Position numbers and translations under genes: made by a program
Assembly: GCA_963848595.1 (NCBI GenBank)
Contig: CAWKEH010000007.1
Location: 53,231 to 117,230 of the forward strand
Direction: 5' to 3'
Source: an uncultured Alphaproteobacteria bacterium
GTDB taxonomy: Bacteria > Pseudomonadota > Alphaproteobacteria > Acetobacterales > Acetobacteraceae
DNA length: 64,000 nucleotides
In this document: piece by piece, positions 39,757-50,451 of the stretch
Layout: each line of letters begins with the position of its first letter
Numbering within the stretch: position 1 is the first letter of the stretch
The notes under the pieces: model-generated
Databases searched by the model: none
Seen by the model: the letters and a program-made list of their open reading frames with translations, nothing else
Told to the model about the DNA's origin: nothing

Positions 39757-41155
39757 TCATCCCATCGCCCGGGTACTCGCCAGCTCGGCGAAGATCGCTG
39801 GTTCCCAGGGTACCTCCTTCCCAGCCTTCATGAGCAGCACCATGTCATCCGACAGGATGGGCGCCTTCGCAGCCCTAATCCGTTCCAGTAGCGTGCCGAG
39901 CTGCTGCATCCGTGCCGGGTCGGCGGCGCCGAGGTCACGCGAGGCAGGCAGGACCAAGACCTGCGCCAGCAACGCCATGGACACTAGGAAGGCGGCAGCG
40001 CCCCCAGGGTAGGCCCCTCCCCCGCCCAGTCTCAGCGCCTGCTCGAGAATCCCCGCAGAAAGGATGCCGGTCAGCACGCTCAGGAGGCACATCCACTCGA
40101 TCATGTAATTCATGTTGCCGCCCGCCTTGCCGAGCGTCAGCAACGTGCAGGTCGAGAGGCCGAGGTAGAGCGTCAGGATAGCCAGGCAGCGTGTCGCCTC
40201 GCTGGCGGCGAGGGTATGCCGGAAGGCCGCAAGGCTGGCCCAGGCGTGCTGGGACGCGAGGTGCCGCCATGTCGCGACGGCTCCGGCGACCGCAAGGAGC
40301 AGGAAGACGAGCTGCGGCGATGCCGCCAGGACCGCGTTGCCAGCAGCTTCCAGGCGGTAGCGATTGAGATTGTACAGGACGATGTGGCGCAGGAAGCCGC
40401 CATCCGTCTGCGAGGTCAGGACCAGCAGCGCCGCCGTCGCCAAGAGCAGGCCAAGGAACGACGCTCTGACCGTGCGCCAAGGCGTCGCCGCCAGCAGGAC
40501 GGGCACGGTGGCCAGCGGCGCCGCAAGACTGGTCTGCTTGGTGTAGATGGCGAGGACGAACACGACCATGGCGGAGTAGAGCAGCCAAGGCCGCGCCAAT
40601 GACCGCACAGCGCACCAGACACCGAGGAAGCTGAGCATGATCGCCAGCATGTCCACTCGCAGCATCGGGGACCAGATAACGACCGGCCAGAAGCAGAAGA
40701 CCCCAAGCCCAGCGATGGCGGCGCCGAAGATGCTCGCGAGCCGTCCCACTCCCTCCCGCACGATACGGAAAGCGAGGGCGGCAGCCACCATCCCGATCCC
40801 GAGGGATGAGGCCAAGGAAATGCTTCGCCCGGCGGCAAGGACATCGAGTTCTCAGGAGCGCCGCGGCGTGAAGTAGGAGATGGTAGAGCGGCGGGTAGTG
40901 GAACACGATAAAGGGGAACTTGGTGATGTCACCATACATCCGCGCGCCTGGGATCAGCATGGCCTGCTGCCAGACGATGCCTTCGCCGTAGTCCAGCTCG
41001 TAAGGGTATCGGACAGCCGCCACCGCGTAGGCTAGATAGACGGCGAAGTGCGCGGCCATTGCCGCGACCGTGAGCGCGAACGCGGCAAGCACGCAGTGCC
41101 GGACCGATACTCCCGTTGCGGTCCCAGGCGCAGCCATGCGGCGCAGCACTGTCAT
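39757..41155 (-). pseudogene. polytopic membrane protein, probable GT-C-type glycosyltransferase, frameshifted near 40850-40862
   Basis: The N-terminus (YPYELDYGEGIVWQQAML...FHYPPLYHLLL) lies in ORF 39935..41155. The sensible continuation (ELDVLAAGRSISLASSLGIGMV...) lies in ORF 39757..40815. Confidence 0.6.
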
Positions 41156-41176
41156 GATCCGGCCGCCCCTGACCGC

Positions 41177-41815
41177 TCAGCGTCCAGGTCGTGCGCGCAC
41201 GAGCATCTGCTTGCCCATCGGCTTGATCGGCGAGGCCAAGTATGCGCCGATCAGCCAGGGCCAGGCCGGCAGCCGCGACTTCACGGTCAAGGGCATGAAG
41301 CGAGGCACCACATCGAGCACCTGATACCCGTTGGCGGTCAGGAAGTCGGCGAGGCTGATATGGGAGTAGGCTGTCACATGCGTGTAGTCGTCCCAATAGT
41401 CCCGGTATGCGTAGCGGTAGTTCGGCTGCACGATGGTCAGCGTTCCCTGCGGGGAAAGCTTTCGCCGCAACCCGTCCAGCACGCGGGCGAAGTCCGACTG
41501 CGGAAGGTGCTCGAACAGGTTGCTGGCCAGGGCGAAGTCCACTTCCCCGTCCTGCAGGACGCCCAGGTCCATCACGCTGCCGATGATCGGCTCCACGCCG
41601 CGCGCCAGGAAACGAGGGAACTCGGGCCAGGTGTCGAGAGCGATGCGGCGCCTCGCTACCACTTGATTGATGAAGCCGCCATAGCCGCAGCCCATGTCCA
41701 GCACGCAGGCATCAGGCGGAACCAACCGGCTGAAGTGGAACCGCCATAACGCCCGCCAGACCACGTCCCGCTTGGCATCCGGGGTGAGGCGCGATTCGTG
41801 ATAGCCTGCGTTCAA
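41177..41815 (-). CDS. class I SAM-dependent methyltransferase
   Basis: VLDMGCGYGGF SAM motif I. The likely TTG start overlaps the stop of the upstream glycosyltransferase gene. Confidence 0.75.
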   Translation of the reverse strand: MNAGYHESRLTPDAKRDVVWRALWRFHFSRLVPPDACVLDMGCGYGGFINQVVARRRIALDTWPEFPRFLARGVEPIIGSVMDLGVLQDGEVDFALASNLFEHLPQSDFARVLDGLRRKLSPQGTLTIVQPNYRYAYRDYWDDYTHVTAYSHISLADFLTANGYQVLDVVPRFMPLTVKSRLPAWPWLIGAYLASPIKPMGKQMLVRARPGR

Positions 41816-42915
41816 CGGAGAACCTGCCGCCAGCCGAAGATGATGCCCAGGATCATGTGGCATCCCACCTTGAGCGCACGCAGGTTGCTGGCGTTGCCCC
41901 CCTTGCTGGCGCCCACGCGCGGGTGAAAGGTGATCGGGCACTCGACCACCAGGAGGTCGGAGCGCAGCGCCACGTCGAGGAAGTGGGCGTTGAACTCCAG
42001 GTTCACGCGCGGCTCCAGGACCGGCAACAGGCGGAGCAGTGCCTCCCGGCGACATAGCTTATACGTCGTGCCGACATCCGTGATCGTGCTCTTGCCAAGA
42101 TGCTTGGCCTCCAGGAGCTTTCCAACGAACAGGTTGCCATAGTACATGAATGTGCTGAGCTGGGTCTCGTATTGCCGCAGCCGCTCGATCGTGCGCGTGC
42201 CGTTGACGATGTCTGCATGAGGTGCGTAGGCCAGGAACTTGTCGAGGTCGTGAGCCCGGAACGTGCGGTCACCCTCGCAGAGGACGATCAATTCAGTGTC
42301 GTCGAGCTTCACCGCTTCTGCGAGACAGCGATGGACGCAGTTCCCGTAACCCTGCCGCCTCTCATTGATGGTGATCGCACCCGCTTCCCGCGCACGCTCG
42401 AAGGTTGAGTCGGTGCTGCTATTGCTCACCACGATCACGTTGCGCACCAGCGGATGGGCCAGGAAGTCGCGCACGGCCGCCGCGATGCTCTGCTCGTCGT
42501 TGTAGGCGGTCAGGGCAACGGTTACTTGGTGGCCTTTAAGCGAATCGCACCGGACCTCCGCCGCACGCCGCTTGCCCGGGAACAGCACGAACAGGTCGGT
42601 CAGCATCAGTGCGAACCCGGCCATGACCGGCATGCCGCTGTGCCAGACGATCCACTCGTTGACCGGCAGCAGCGCCTGGTTCAGCCCGAGCATGTAGCGC
42701 GGGAACACCATCAGGATGCCGAACCCATACATCCCGAACCCCGCGCAGACGCAAACGACGCCATAGAGCAGCAGCGGAAAGCGCCGAACCTGCGCCAGCG
42801 CGTCCCGTGCCGCGTGGGGCAGCTTCGCGGCACGGTTGATGGCCGAAGCCTGGGTCACGTTTGCCTTCGCCTGATCGAGGTTGGCGCCTATTGGAAGCGC
42901 CAGCCTAGCTTGCAT
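41812..42915 (-). CDS. family 2 glycosyltransferase with N-terminal TM segments
   Basis: VTVALTAYNDEQSI, SNSSTDST and CEGDRTF (DxD-like) motifs. Confidence 0.8.
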   Translation of the reverse strand: MQARLALPIGANLDQAKANVTQASAINRAAKLPHAARDALAQVRRFPLLLYGVVCVCAGFGMYGFGILMVFPRYMLGLNQALLPVNEWIVWHSGMPVMAGFALMLTDLFVLFPGKRRAAEVRCDSLKGHQVTVALTAYNDEQSIAAAVRDFLAHPLVRNVIVVSNSSTDSTFERAREAGAITINERRQGYGNCVHRCLAEAVKLDDTELIVLCEGDRTFRAHDLDKFLAYAPHADIVNGTRTIERLRQYETQLSTFMYYGNLFVGKLLEAKHLGKSTITDVGTTYKLCRREALLRLLPVLEPRVNLEFNAHFLDVALRSDLLVVECPITFHPRVGASKGGNASNLRALKVGCHMILGIIFGWRQVLR

Positions 42916-42963
42916 TGGTTGAGCAAACGTTACCTTGCATCAGCCGAGCGGGCCTGCTCGCTA

Positions 42964-43518
42964 TCACCCCCGCCAATATACGTGCAGGCCTGGCGCGGCG
43001 AACACGGTCCAGCCCAGCACCGCGGCCACGACCACGATCTCAGACGGCGACCCGGTGCGGCAGAGCGGCACGGCGACGCTGCCGCGCAGCGGCCAGGCCA
43101 GCGGCAGCCCGGCGGGCGTGAGCAGGTCCGCGCCGAGGTGGGAGAGGTAGCCAACGACGAGCGGCGCCGACACCGCCCGGCTAATCCCGTGCGCGTGCAG
43201 CAGCAGCGAGGCGCCCAGCACGGCGAGCAGGGAGTGCGTCGCGCCGCGATGGCCGAACGCCGCTGCGAGCGGTCGCGAGAGCATCCGAAGCCGCCGCCCC
43301 ACCCAGGATCGCGGATGATCGAGATCGGGCAGCAAGCTGCCGCCGGCCGCAAGGGCGAGCGCCGTCGGATCGAGCGCGGACGCGCCAAGGTGAGGCGCTG
43401 CCCAGGCCCATGCCGCCAGGCCAAGCGCCGCATGTGACCCCGCCAGCACGCCCTCAGGTGCCTCGATCGTGCAAATCCGGACCTCTACGCCGATCCCCCC
43501 ACAGGGAGAGAGCGGCAA
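42964..43518 (-). CDS. membrane-bound metal-dependent hydrolase (YdjM/DUF457-like)
   Basis: PDLDHPRSW and HRGATHSLL motifs with several hydrophobic helices. The start is uncertain. Confidence 0.65.
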   Translation of the reverse strand: MPLSPCGGIGVEVRICTIEAPEGVLAGSHAALGLAAWAWAAPHLGASALDPTALALAAGGSLLPDLDHPRSWVGRRLRMLSRPLAAAFGHRGATHSLLAVLGASLLLHAHGISRAVSAPLVVGYLSHLGADLLTPAGLPLAWPLRGSVAVPLCRTGSPSEIVVVAAVLGWTVFAAPGLHVYWRG

Positions 43519-43659
43519 CCTCTATTGCCCGGCTCGGATTCCGTGGACAAGCCTTCTCCATGCACAGCCCTCGCGCAAGCGCCGCACTGGGATGCCCCTG
43601 TGACCGGGCACGAGCTCGCTAAGGCTTCCTTAACCTGCGTCCGGCATGCTCGCCGCCTG

Positions 43660-44922
43660 ATGAGTATCGTTCAGGACGAACCAGGCTGCGCCCGGCCGAG
43701 AGTTGACTGGTTCATGCTGGGATTCGGCTGCGCCGCGTCGCTGCTGGTCGCCGTCATGGTCTGGCGCGTGACTTGGGCGGTTGCCGAGCCCGCGGCCCGC
43801 GATGCGCTGCTCGTGCGCGCCACCATCAACCTTTGGGAGGGAGGCACGCTCGCGCGCGCTGGCCAGGTCGCGACGATCTTCGATCCCTCTTCATACTGGC
43901 ACGCGCTCCAGGCGATTTTCGGCCATGGCTTCCCGCTGCGCACGTGGAGCTATCCGCCGACGATGCTCCTGCTCGCCGTGCCCTTGTCGTTCCTGCCCGT
44001 TATCGCCGCCTTCCTTGTCTGGAATGCGATAGGGACCGCTCTGCTCTGGCTTGGCGCACGGGCGGCCGGTCTGACGCGTTCGGCGAGCCTCCTCGCGCTC
44101 GCCAGCCCCGCCGCTCTGGGGAATTTGCTCGCTGGGCAGAACGGCACCCTATGCGCGGCGCTGCTGCTGCCAGGGCTGATGCTGCTGGATCGGCAACCCT
44201 GGGCCGCGGGGGCGCTGCTGGGCGCTCTCATCCTCAAGCCGCAGCTCGCCGTGCTGCTGCCGGTCTGCCTGCTCGCTTCCCGGAACTGGCGTGCCCTGGC
44301 CGCCGCGGCGCTGGTCGCGTCGGCGCTCGCGGGCCTGAGCGCACTCGCGTTCGGCCTAGGGAGCTGGACCGGGTTCATAACCCAGGTCATGCCGTTCATG
44401 CGCCGCGAGATCCTGGAAGCGCCTTGGTTCGGCGGCGCCTATCAATCGATGATGGCGACGCCCTTCATGGCCGTGCGCTGGGCCGGCGGGTCGCTCGGAA
44501 CCGCCTACGTCGTGCAGGCTGTCTCCTCTCTGGGCGCCGTCGCACTGTGCTGGCGGGCATGGCGCCGGCCCGGCACGGACCCTCTGACGCGCGCCGCACT
44601 CACGCTCGCGCTCACCTTCCTGGCTACACCCTACGGCTATTCCTACGACATGCCCGCCCTCGCGGCGGCGCTGATCGGCCTCGCCGTCCGGGATGGGCCG
44701 TGGCGAGGCGAGGCGCGCGTCCTGTTCGCCCTTGCCTGGCTCTGGCCAGGCTGCAGTGGCTGGCTCGGAGCCATGCACATGCCGCCGCTCGGTCTCGCTA
44801 CCGTCGTGTCTGCTGTCGCGCTGGCCCTGCGAGCGCAGCGCCGGGAGGGTGTCCCGGCCAGACTCGACCTCACCCCGGCGACGCAGGACCCAGCGGCCTT
44901 CACGACCTCGGTGGCGGCTTGA
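43660..44922 (+). CDS. glycosyltransferase family 87 (DUF2029) membrane protein
   Basis: Many TM helices, SYPPTMLLL and ILKPQLAV motifs. The ATG at 43660 is chosen over the longer ORF from 43525. Confidence 0.7.
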   Translation: MSIVQDEPGCARPRVDWFMLGFGCAASLLVAVMVWRVTWAVAEPAARDALLVRATINLWEGGTLARAGQVATIFDPSSYWHALQAIFGHGFPLRTWSYPPTMLLLAVPLSFLPVIAAFLVWNAIGTALLWLGARAAGLTRSASLLALASPAALGNLLAGQNGTLCAALLLPGLMLLDRQPWAAGALLGALILKPQLAVLLPVCLLASRNWRALAAAALVASALAGLSALAFGLGSWTGFITQVMPFMRREILEAPWFGGAYQSMMATPFMAVRWAGGSLGTAYVVQAVSSLGAVALCWRAWRRPGTDPLTRAALTLALTFLATPYGYSYDMPALAAALIGLAVRDGPWRGEARVLFALAWLWPGCSGWLGAMHMPPLGLATVVSAVALALRAQRREGVPARLDLTPATQDPAAFTTSVAA

Positions 44923-45991
44923 AGCGAAACAACCGGTAGGGCTGCGTGCGCGTGCTGCCCTTGGCGTGCCAGATCGCCATGTCCTGGATGTCGCTCGCGG
45001 TGACGAGCAGCGAACCGTCCGGCATCTCGGCCATGCTGTCGGGCCAGAGCAGCCGCTCGTCCTGCACCACGATCTGCAAGCTGTGATCCGGTCGGCGGAG
45101 CTTCACCGAGTTGTCTTCGGGGCTGGTCGTGTAGAACCGCCCGTCGCGCGCGATCCAGTATCCGTCGGCGACGACGGTGGGGCCGACCGTGTGCACGTTG
45201 GGCTCGCCGGTCTGCAGGCTCGCCGCGTCCGCCGAGTAAAGCGTGTGCCCGGTCAGCGCCTGCCAGTAGAGCGTCTTGCCGTCCGTGGTCAGGGCGATGC
45301 TGTCGGCGGCGAACTGGGGGCCGCGGCCGTCCGGGCGGCGCAGTTCCTGACCGTCCACGACCACCTTAACGCCGGGCTGAACCTGCGTGCTCGGGTCGCC
45401 GGCGAGCAGACGCAGCACCTTGCCGGCGCGCAGGTCCACGACGACGAGCGCGCCCGTCGCGCCGGAGTCGGTGAGGTAGGCCCAGCGCCCGTCGGGGCTG
45501 ACACGCACGTCGTTGAGGTAGCTTCCCTGGGGTGCGGCGTCGGTGCCGAAATGGATGGCCTGGACGATCTGGTTGGTCTTCAGGTCCACCTTGAGCAGCT
45601 TCGGCCCGTCCGGGATGATGAATTCCAGGCCCGGCGCCGCCGGGTCGAGGATCCAGAGAAAGCCCTGCGGGTCAACGGTCACGCTCTGGACGCAGATGAA
45701 GTGGTCCTTAGGGTTGAGGGGCTGGGCGTTGCGCCAGGCGTTCCACTCCGCATTCGGATACGGGGTGAGCTGCCCGTTCTTCAGCTCCGCGACGGATATG
45801 GGAACATCCTGCTCCCACCGCGGGAAGCAGAGGAAGATGCGGCTGTCGCGCGCGCAAGCAACGCCGGTGCCCTGCATCTCATACTGAGCGACCTGCTCCA
45901 GCGTGGATGTCGGCGCAGGGGCCTGGGCAGCTGCCGTGCCGGTGAGAGCGGTGGCGGCAGCGAAGACGAGGGCGTCGCGACGGGCGATCAC
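44900..45991 (-). CDS. major royal jelly / yellow family protein (secreted beta-propeller)
   Basis: Signal peptide, then SVTVDPQGFLWILD, YLNDVRVSPDGRWAYLTDSG and ALVVVDL, typical of bacterial MRJP/yellow homologues. Confidence 0.7.
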   Translation of the reverse strand: MIARRDALVFAAATALTGTAAAQAPAPTSTLEQVAQYEMQGTGVACARDSRIFLCFPRWEQDVPISVAELKNGQLTPYPNAEWNAWRNAQPLNPKDHFICVQSVTVDPQGFLWILDPAAPGLEFIIPDGPKLLKVDLKTNQIVQAIHFGTDAAPQGSYLNDVRVSPDGRWAYLTDSGATGALVVVDLRAGKVLRLLAGDPSTQVQPGVKVVVDGQELRRPDGRGPQFAADSIALTTDGKTLYWQALTGHTLYSADAASLQTGEPNVHTVGPTVVADGYWIARDGRFYTTSPEDNSVKLRRPDHSLQIVVQDERLLWPDSMAEMPDGSLLVTASDIQDMAIWHAKGSTRTQPYRLFRFKPPPRS

Positions 45992-46035
45992 GGATGGCCT
46001 CCGGAATGTCAGCCCCGCGCTAACGCCTCGTCCGT

Positions 46036-46587
46036 TTAAACGTTGCCCTGCTCGTCGCGAGGCACGTCATCGTCAGGACGGTGATAGAGCGCCGCGCACT
46101 CGTCGCCGAGCACGCGGCCGACCACCTGGAGGTCGCCGCGATAGGCGTCACGGATGAAGTTCATCGTGTCGAGATGGCGATCCTCGAAATACATCCGATG
46201 CACCTGGTCGCGCTCGGCGCCGTGGACGATGCGGCCGACGTGCGCCCAGATGCTCGCCATGGTGCACATGCCGCAGGCTTGCAGCGTGGTGTAGAGCACA
46301 GCGCCGCGAAGGTCGTCGCGGCCGAGCGCCGCGCAAGCCCGGCGCATGGCGACGATCTCGGCATGTGCCGTGGGGTCGTGGCGCAGTCCGACCTCGTTGT
46401 GTCCCTCGCCGACGACCTGCCCGTCGAGCACGATGACACAGCCTATGGGTGACGCGCCAGGCGCGCCAGCGCCTTGCCGGGCGAGCGCGAGCGCTTCGCG
46501 CATCCAACGGAGGTCGTCCGCGGTCGCCTCGCCCGCCGGGGCTGCGCCGGGCGAGGCGCGATCGCCGGGTGCGGAACCGATGCTCAT
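46036..46587 (-). CDS. nucleoside / nucleotide deaminase (CMP/dCMP-type zinc-binding)
   Basis: HAEIVAMRRA plus the second zinc-ligand motif ACGMC. Its start overlaps the upstream stop (ATGA). Confidence 0.75.
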   Translation of the reverse strand: MSIGSAPGDRASPGAAPAGEATADDLRWMREALALARQGAGAPGASPIGCVIVLDGQVVGEGHNEVGLRHDPTAHAEIVAMRRACAALGRDDLRGAVLYTTLQACGMCTMASIWAHVGRIVHGAERDQVHRMYFEDRHLDTMNFIRDAYRGDLQVVGRVLGDECAALYHRPDDDVPRDEQGNV

Positions 46588-46901
46588 CGCGCCGCCCCAG
46601 CCAACGCCGCCTCGGCCCGGCGTACGGCCGCGAGCGGCACGCGCGCGCGCCCGACGACCTGGCCGCCGACGACGGCGAGCCAGGCCACCCCTTCCGGCAC
46701 CGGGGGACGCAGCTCGACGACGTGCCCCTGTTCGTCGAGCGCCACGGCACGGTAGAGCTGCCACCCGGCACGCAGCGGCCCTCGCAGCCGGATGACGCGG
46801 GCGCGCGCCGCACCCTCGTCGTCCAGCCCAATCCATTCGAGCGCCCGCGCGCCGTCCTCTACCCGTCCCCGCGTCCAGTGAAGGCGCGGAGCGGCGGTCA
46901 C
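46584..46901 (-). CDS. hypothetical protein, tightly coupled between EF-G paralogue and deaminase
   Basis: 105-aa ORF with a GTG start 1 nt after the EF-G stop and an ATGA overlap with the deaminase. No recognisable family. Confidence 0.4.
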   Translation of the reverse strand: MTAAPRLHWTRGRVEDGARALEWIGLDDEGAARARVIRLRGPLRAGWQLYRAVALDEQGHVVELRPPVPEGVAWLAVVGGQVVGRARVPLAAVRRAEAALAGAAR

Positions 46902-46902
46902 C

Positions 46903-48999
46903 TTAGGCCGACTTAGCCATGATCTCGTCCGCGATGTTGCGCGGCACCGGATCGTAGTGGTGGAACTGCATGGTGAAGCTCGCGCGTCCCTTCGTCATAC
47001 CGCGCAGGTTCGAGATGTAGCCGAACATCTCCTTGAGCGGTACGTGGGCGCGCACGATCACCGTGGAGCCGCTGCTCTCCTGACTCTGGATCACGCCGCG
47101 GCGGCGGTTGAGGTCGCCCACCACGTCGCCGACGTGGTCCTGCGGAGTCGTCACTTCCACGTCCATGATCGGTTCCAGGATAATGGGACCTGCTTGCTTC
47201 ATGCCCTCGCGGAATGCGGCCTTGGCCGCGATCTCGAAGGCGAGCGCCGAGCTGTCCACGTCATGATACTTGCCGTCCACGAGGCTGAACCTGAAGTCCA
47301 CCGTAGGGAAGCCGGCGAGCACGCCCGTGTCCGACTGGACGCGGATGCCCTTCTCGACCGCCGGGATATACTCCTTCGGCACCGCGCCGCCGATGACCTT
47401 GTTCTCGAACTGGATGCCCTGGTTCCGCTCCAGCGGCTCGAACACGATCTTCACCTCGGCATACTGGCCGGAGCCGCCCGTCTGCTTCTTGTGGGTATAC
47501 GTCTCGGTGTAGGGCCGGGAGATGGTCTCGCGGTAGGCCACCTGCGGCGCGCCGATGTTGGCGTCCACGCCATACTCGCGGCGGAGGCGGTCAATGATGA
47601 TCTCCAGGTGCAGCTCGCCCATCCCGGAGAGGATGGTCTGCCCCGTCTCCTGGTCCGTGCGCAGCCGCAGCGAGGGGTCCTCGCCCGCGAGCTTCTGCAG
47701 GCCGAGCGTCATCTTCTCGACGCCCTCCTTGGTCTTCGGCTCCACCGAGATGTCAATGACCGGGACCGGGAACGCCATGCGCTCCAGCACCACCGGGTCC
47801 GCGGACGCGGCCAGCGTATCGCCCGTCGCGGTGTCCTTGAGGCCGACGAAGGCAGCGATGTCGCCCGCATGAACTTCCTTGATCTCCTGGCGCTTGTCGG
47901 CATGCATCTGGAACATGCGGCCGATGCGTTCGCGGTTCTCTCGCGTGGTGTTCAGCACCGTATCGCCGCTCTTCAGCGTGCCGGCATAGACGCGCACGAA
48001 GGTAAGCGTGCCATACTTGTCGTTGATGATCTTGAACGCGAGCCCGGCAAACGGCGCTCCCGGGTCGGCCTTGATGCGGCGCCGCTCCTCGCCCTCGTCC
48101 TGGCCTTCCTCGGCCGCGACCGCGATGCCGGGCACGTCCACGGGGCTGGGCAGGTAGTCCACCACCGCGTCGAGAAGGGGCTGCACGCCCTTGTTCTTGA
48201 ACGCCGTGCCGCACAGCACCGGGCGGAAGGCGCCGGAGATGGCGCCCGCCTTGATGCAGCGCTTCAGCGTCTCGACCGAGACGTCGCCCTTGTCGAAGTA
48301 TTCCTCCATCGCCGCGTCATCCATGCTGAGCGCGGTATCGAGCAGCGTCTGGCGATGCTCGCGGGCGCGCTCCTCCAGGTCGGCCGGGATCGGCTCGTCG
48401 TGGAACTTCGCGCCCAGCTCGCCGCCTTCCCAGATGATCGCCTTCATCTCGACGAGGTCCACGACTTCCCGGAACTGATCCTCGATGCCGATCGGAAGCT
48501 GCAAGGGGAGTGCTACGATGTCGAGCTTCTCCTTGAGCGTGTCGAACGCCCGGTAGAAGTCGGCACCCGTGCGGTCCAGCTTGTTGATGAAGATGATGCG
48601 CGGCACGTTGTAGCGGTCGGCGAGGCGCCAATTGGTCTCGCTCTGCGGCTGCACGCCGGCCACGCCCTCGATGATGAACACCGCGCCGTCGAGCACGCGC
48701 AAGGACCGGTTGACCTCGATGTTGAAGTCAATGTGGCCGGGCGTGTCGATGATGTTGATGCGATAGCCCTTCCAATCGCAGGTGACGGCGGCGGAGGTGA
48801 TCGTGATGCCGCGCTCGCGCTCCTGCTCCATGTAGTCGGTCGTGGTGTTGCCCTCGTGCACCTCGCCGATGCGGTGCGACTGCCCCGTGTAGTAGAGGAT
48901 GCGCTCCGTCGTCGTCGTCTTGCCCGCGTCGATGTGCGCGGTGATGCCGATGTTGCGGATCTTGTCGAGGGCGGTAGCGGTGGACGTTGCGGCAGACAC
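46903..48999 (-). CDS. elongation factor G paralogue (outside the str operon)
   Basis: G domain [28 protein letters not shown] and NKLDR, followed by domains II-V. A GTG at 48999 is preceded by GGAGG. The longer ORF extension is not coding. Confidence 0.88.
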   Translation of the reverse strand: MSAATSTATALDKIRNIGITAHIDAGKTTTTERILYYTGQSHRIGEVHEGNTTTDYMEQERERGITITSAAVTCDWKGYRINIIDTPGHIDFNIEVNRSLRVLDGAVFIIEGVAGVQPQSETNWRLADRYNVPRIIFINKLDRTGADFYRAFDTLKEKLDIVALPLQLPIGIEDQFREVVDLVEMKAIIWEGGELGAKFHDEPIPADLEERAREHRQTLLDTALSMDDAAMEEYFDKGDVSVETLKRCIKAGAISGAFRPVLCGTAFKNKGVQPLLDAVVDYLPSPVDVPGIAVAAEEGQDEGEERRRIKADPGAPFAGLAFKIINDKYGTLTFVRVYAGTLKSGDTVLNTTRENRERIGRMFQMHADKRQEIKEVHAGDIAAFVGLKDTATGDTLAASADPVVLERMAFPVPVIDISVEPKTKEGVEKMTLGLQKLAGEDPSLRLRTDQETGQTILSGMGELHLEIIIDRLRREYGVDANIGAPQVAYRETISRPYTETYTHKKQTGGSGQYAEVKIVFEPLERNQGIQFENKVIGGAVPKEYIPAVEKGIRVQSDTGVLAGFPTVDFRFSLVDGKYHDVDSSALAFEIAAKAAFREGMKQAGPIILEPIMDVEVTTPQDHVGDVVGDLNRRRGVIQSQESSGSTVIVRAHVPLKEMFGYISNLRGMTKGRASFTMQFHHYDPVPRNIADEIMAKSA

Positions 49000-49154
49000 G
49001 GGGAAGCCTCCATGCACGGCGGGCGCGGCAAGGCCCCGGCCCCGCGCGCCCGCGTGAATCGTCTCTTCGAATGCTGGAGCGATATGCGCTCGCCCCCCTC
49101 GGTTTGCAAGCCTTCGTAACGCTCTGACACACAGATCTCGACTATCCTGCCGGC

Positions 49155-50450
49155 ATGGACAGTCGCCCGCACACGGCACTCGCCCGCTTCGGCCTTGGCC
49201 GCCGCGGCGTCGAGCCGCTCCCCGCCGATCCCACGGTCTGGCTCGCCGCCCAGCTCAGTCCCGCGCCAGCGCCGGAGGTGCCTCCCGGTGGTGCCGACGT
49301 CGCGGCCGCATTCGCGGCGCTCGAGGAGGCGCGACGCAACCGGCCGCCTCCCGACCAGCCCGGACCGCCGCGGCTGATCTACGAAGCCGAGATCGCAGCG
49401 CTCGCCGACCAGGCCCTCACGACGGACCAGCCCTTCCGCGAGCGTCTCGTGCGCTTCTGGGCCAATCACTTCACGGTCAGCATCCGCGCCGGGCGGGTCG
49501 CGCCCTTCGTCGGCAACTTCGTGCGGACAGCGATCCGGCCGAACGTGACGGGCCGCTTCGCCGACATGCTGCTTGCCGTCATGCGTCATCCGGCGATGCT
49601 GCTCTACCTGAACCAGGCCGGCAGCATCGGCCCCACCAGCCCGGCCGGGCTGCGCACCGGCCGCGGCCTCAACGAGAACCTCGCCCGCGAGTGCCTCGAG
49701 CTGCACACAATCGGCCCCGACGCCGGCTACACGCAGGCGGACGTGACGAGCTTCGCGCGCATCCTCACAGGCTGGGGCGTGCAGCGCGAACCGCCCGACG
49801 CCGGGTTCCGCTTCCGCCCGGCCGCGCACGAGCCGGGCGAGCAGACGCTCCTGGGACGCACATTCCCGGACGGCGAGGCGGGCGGCATCGAGGCCCTTCG
49901 CTTCCTCGCCGAGCACCCGGCCACCCATCACCACCTGGCCACCAAGCTCGTCCAGCACTTCGTCGCGGACGATCCCGGCCCTGGCGACGTGCGCGCCGCC
50001 GAGACGGCGCTGCGCGACACGGGCGGCGACCTCGGCGCCGCCGCCCTCGCCGTGACGCGCCTGCGCGCCGCGTGGACGCCGCTCGCCAAGCTGCGCGCGC
50101 CGCAGGATTTCGCCATCGCCGCCCTGCGCGCGGCTGACATTTCGCCCGAGCGCCGCCCACCGCTCCCCGGCATCGCCGCCGGTCTCGGCCAACCGTGGTT
50201 CGCGGCGCCCGCCCCCAACGGCTGGGGCGACCGCGCCGCCGACTGGTCCGGTCCGGAGGCGGTGCTGCGCCGGGTGGACTGGGCCTACGGCTTCGGCGGG
50301 CGCGACGATCTTCCCGAGCCGGATGCGATGGCCGAGGCGGCGCTCGGCCCGCTGCTCCGACCGGCCACGCTCACCGCCATCCGCCGCGCCGGGTCGCGCC
50401 GCGACGCGACGGCGCTCCTCCTCACCTCCCCCGAGTTCCAGAGGCGCTGA
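49155..50450 (+). CDS. DUF1800 domain protein
   Basis: [22 protein letters not shown] and [12 protein letters not shown] signatures. It is paired with a DUF1501 gene, as is usual. Confidence 0.8.
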   Translation: MDSRPHTALARFGLGRRGVEPLPADPTVWLAAQLSPAPAPEVPPGGADVAAAFAALEEARRNRPPPDQPGPPRLIYEAEIAALADQALTTDQPFRERLVRFWANHFTVSIRAGRVAPFVGNFVRTAIRPNVTGRFADMLLAVMRHPAMLLYLNQAGSIGPTSPAGLRTGRGLNENLARECLELHTIGPDAGYTQADVTSFARILTGWGVQREPPDAGFRFRPAAHEPGEQTLLGRTFPDGEAGGIEALRFLAEHPATHHHLATKLVQHFVADDPGPGDVRAAETALRDTGGDLGAAALAVTRLRAAWTPLAKLRAPQDFAIAALRAADISPERRPPLPGIAAGLGQPWFAAPAPNGWGDRAADWSGPEAVLRRVDWAYGFGGRDDLPEPDAMAEAALGPLLRPATLTAIRRAGSRRDATALLLTSPEFQRR

Positions 50451-50451
50451 A

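Noticed and set aside
46957-49119. 720-aa ORF on the plus strand opposite the EF-G paralogue
   Set aside because: Antisense shadow of a clearly coding GTPase gene, with no recognisable domains.
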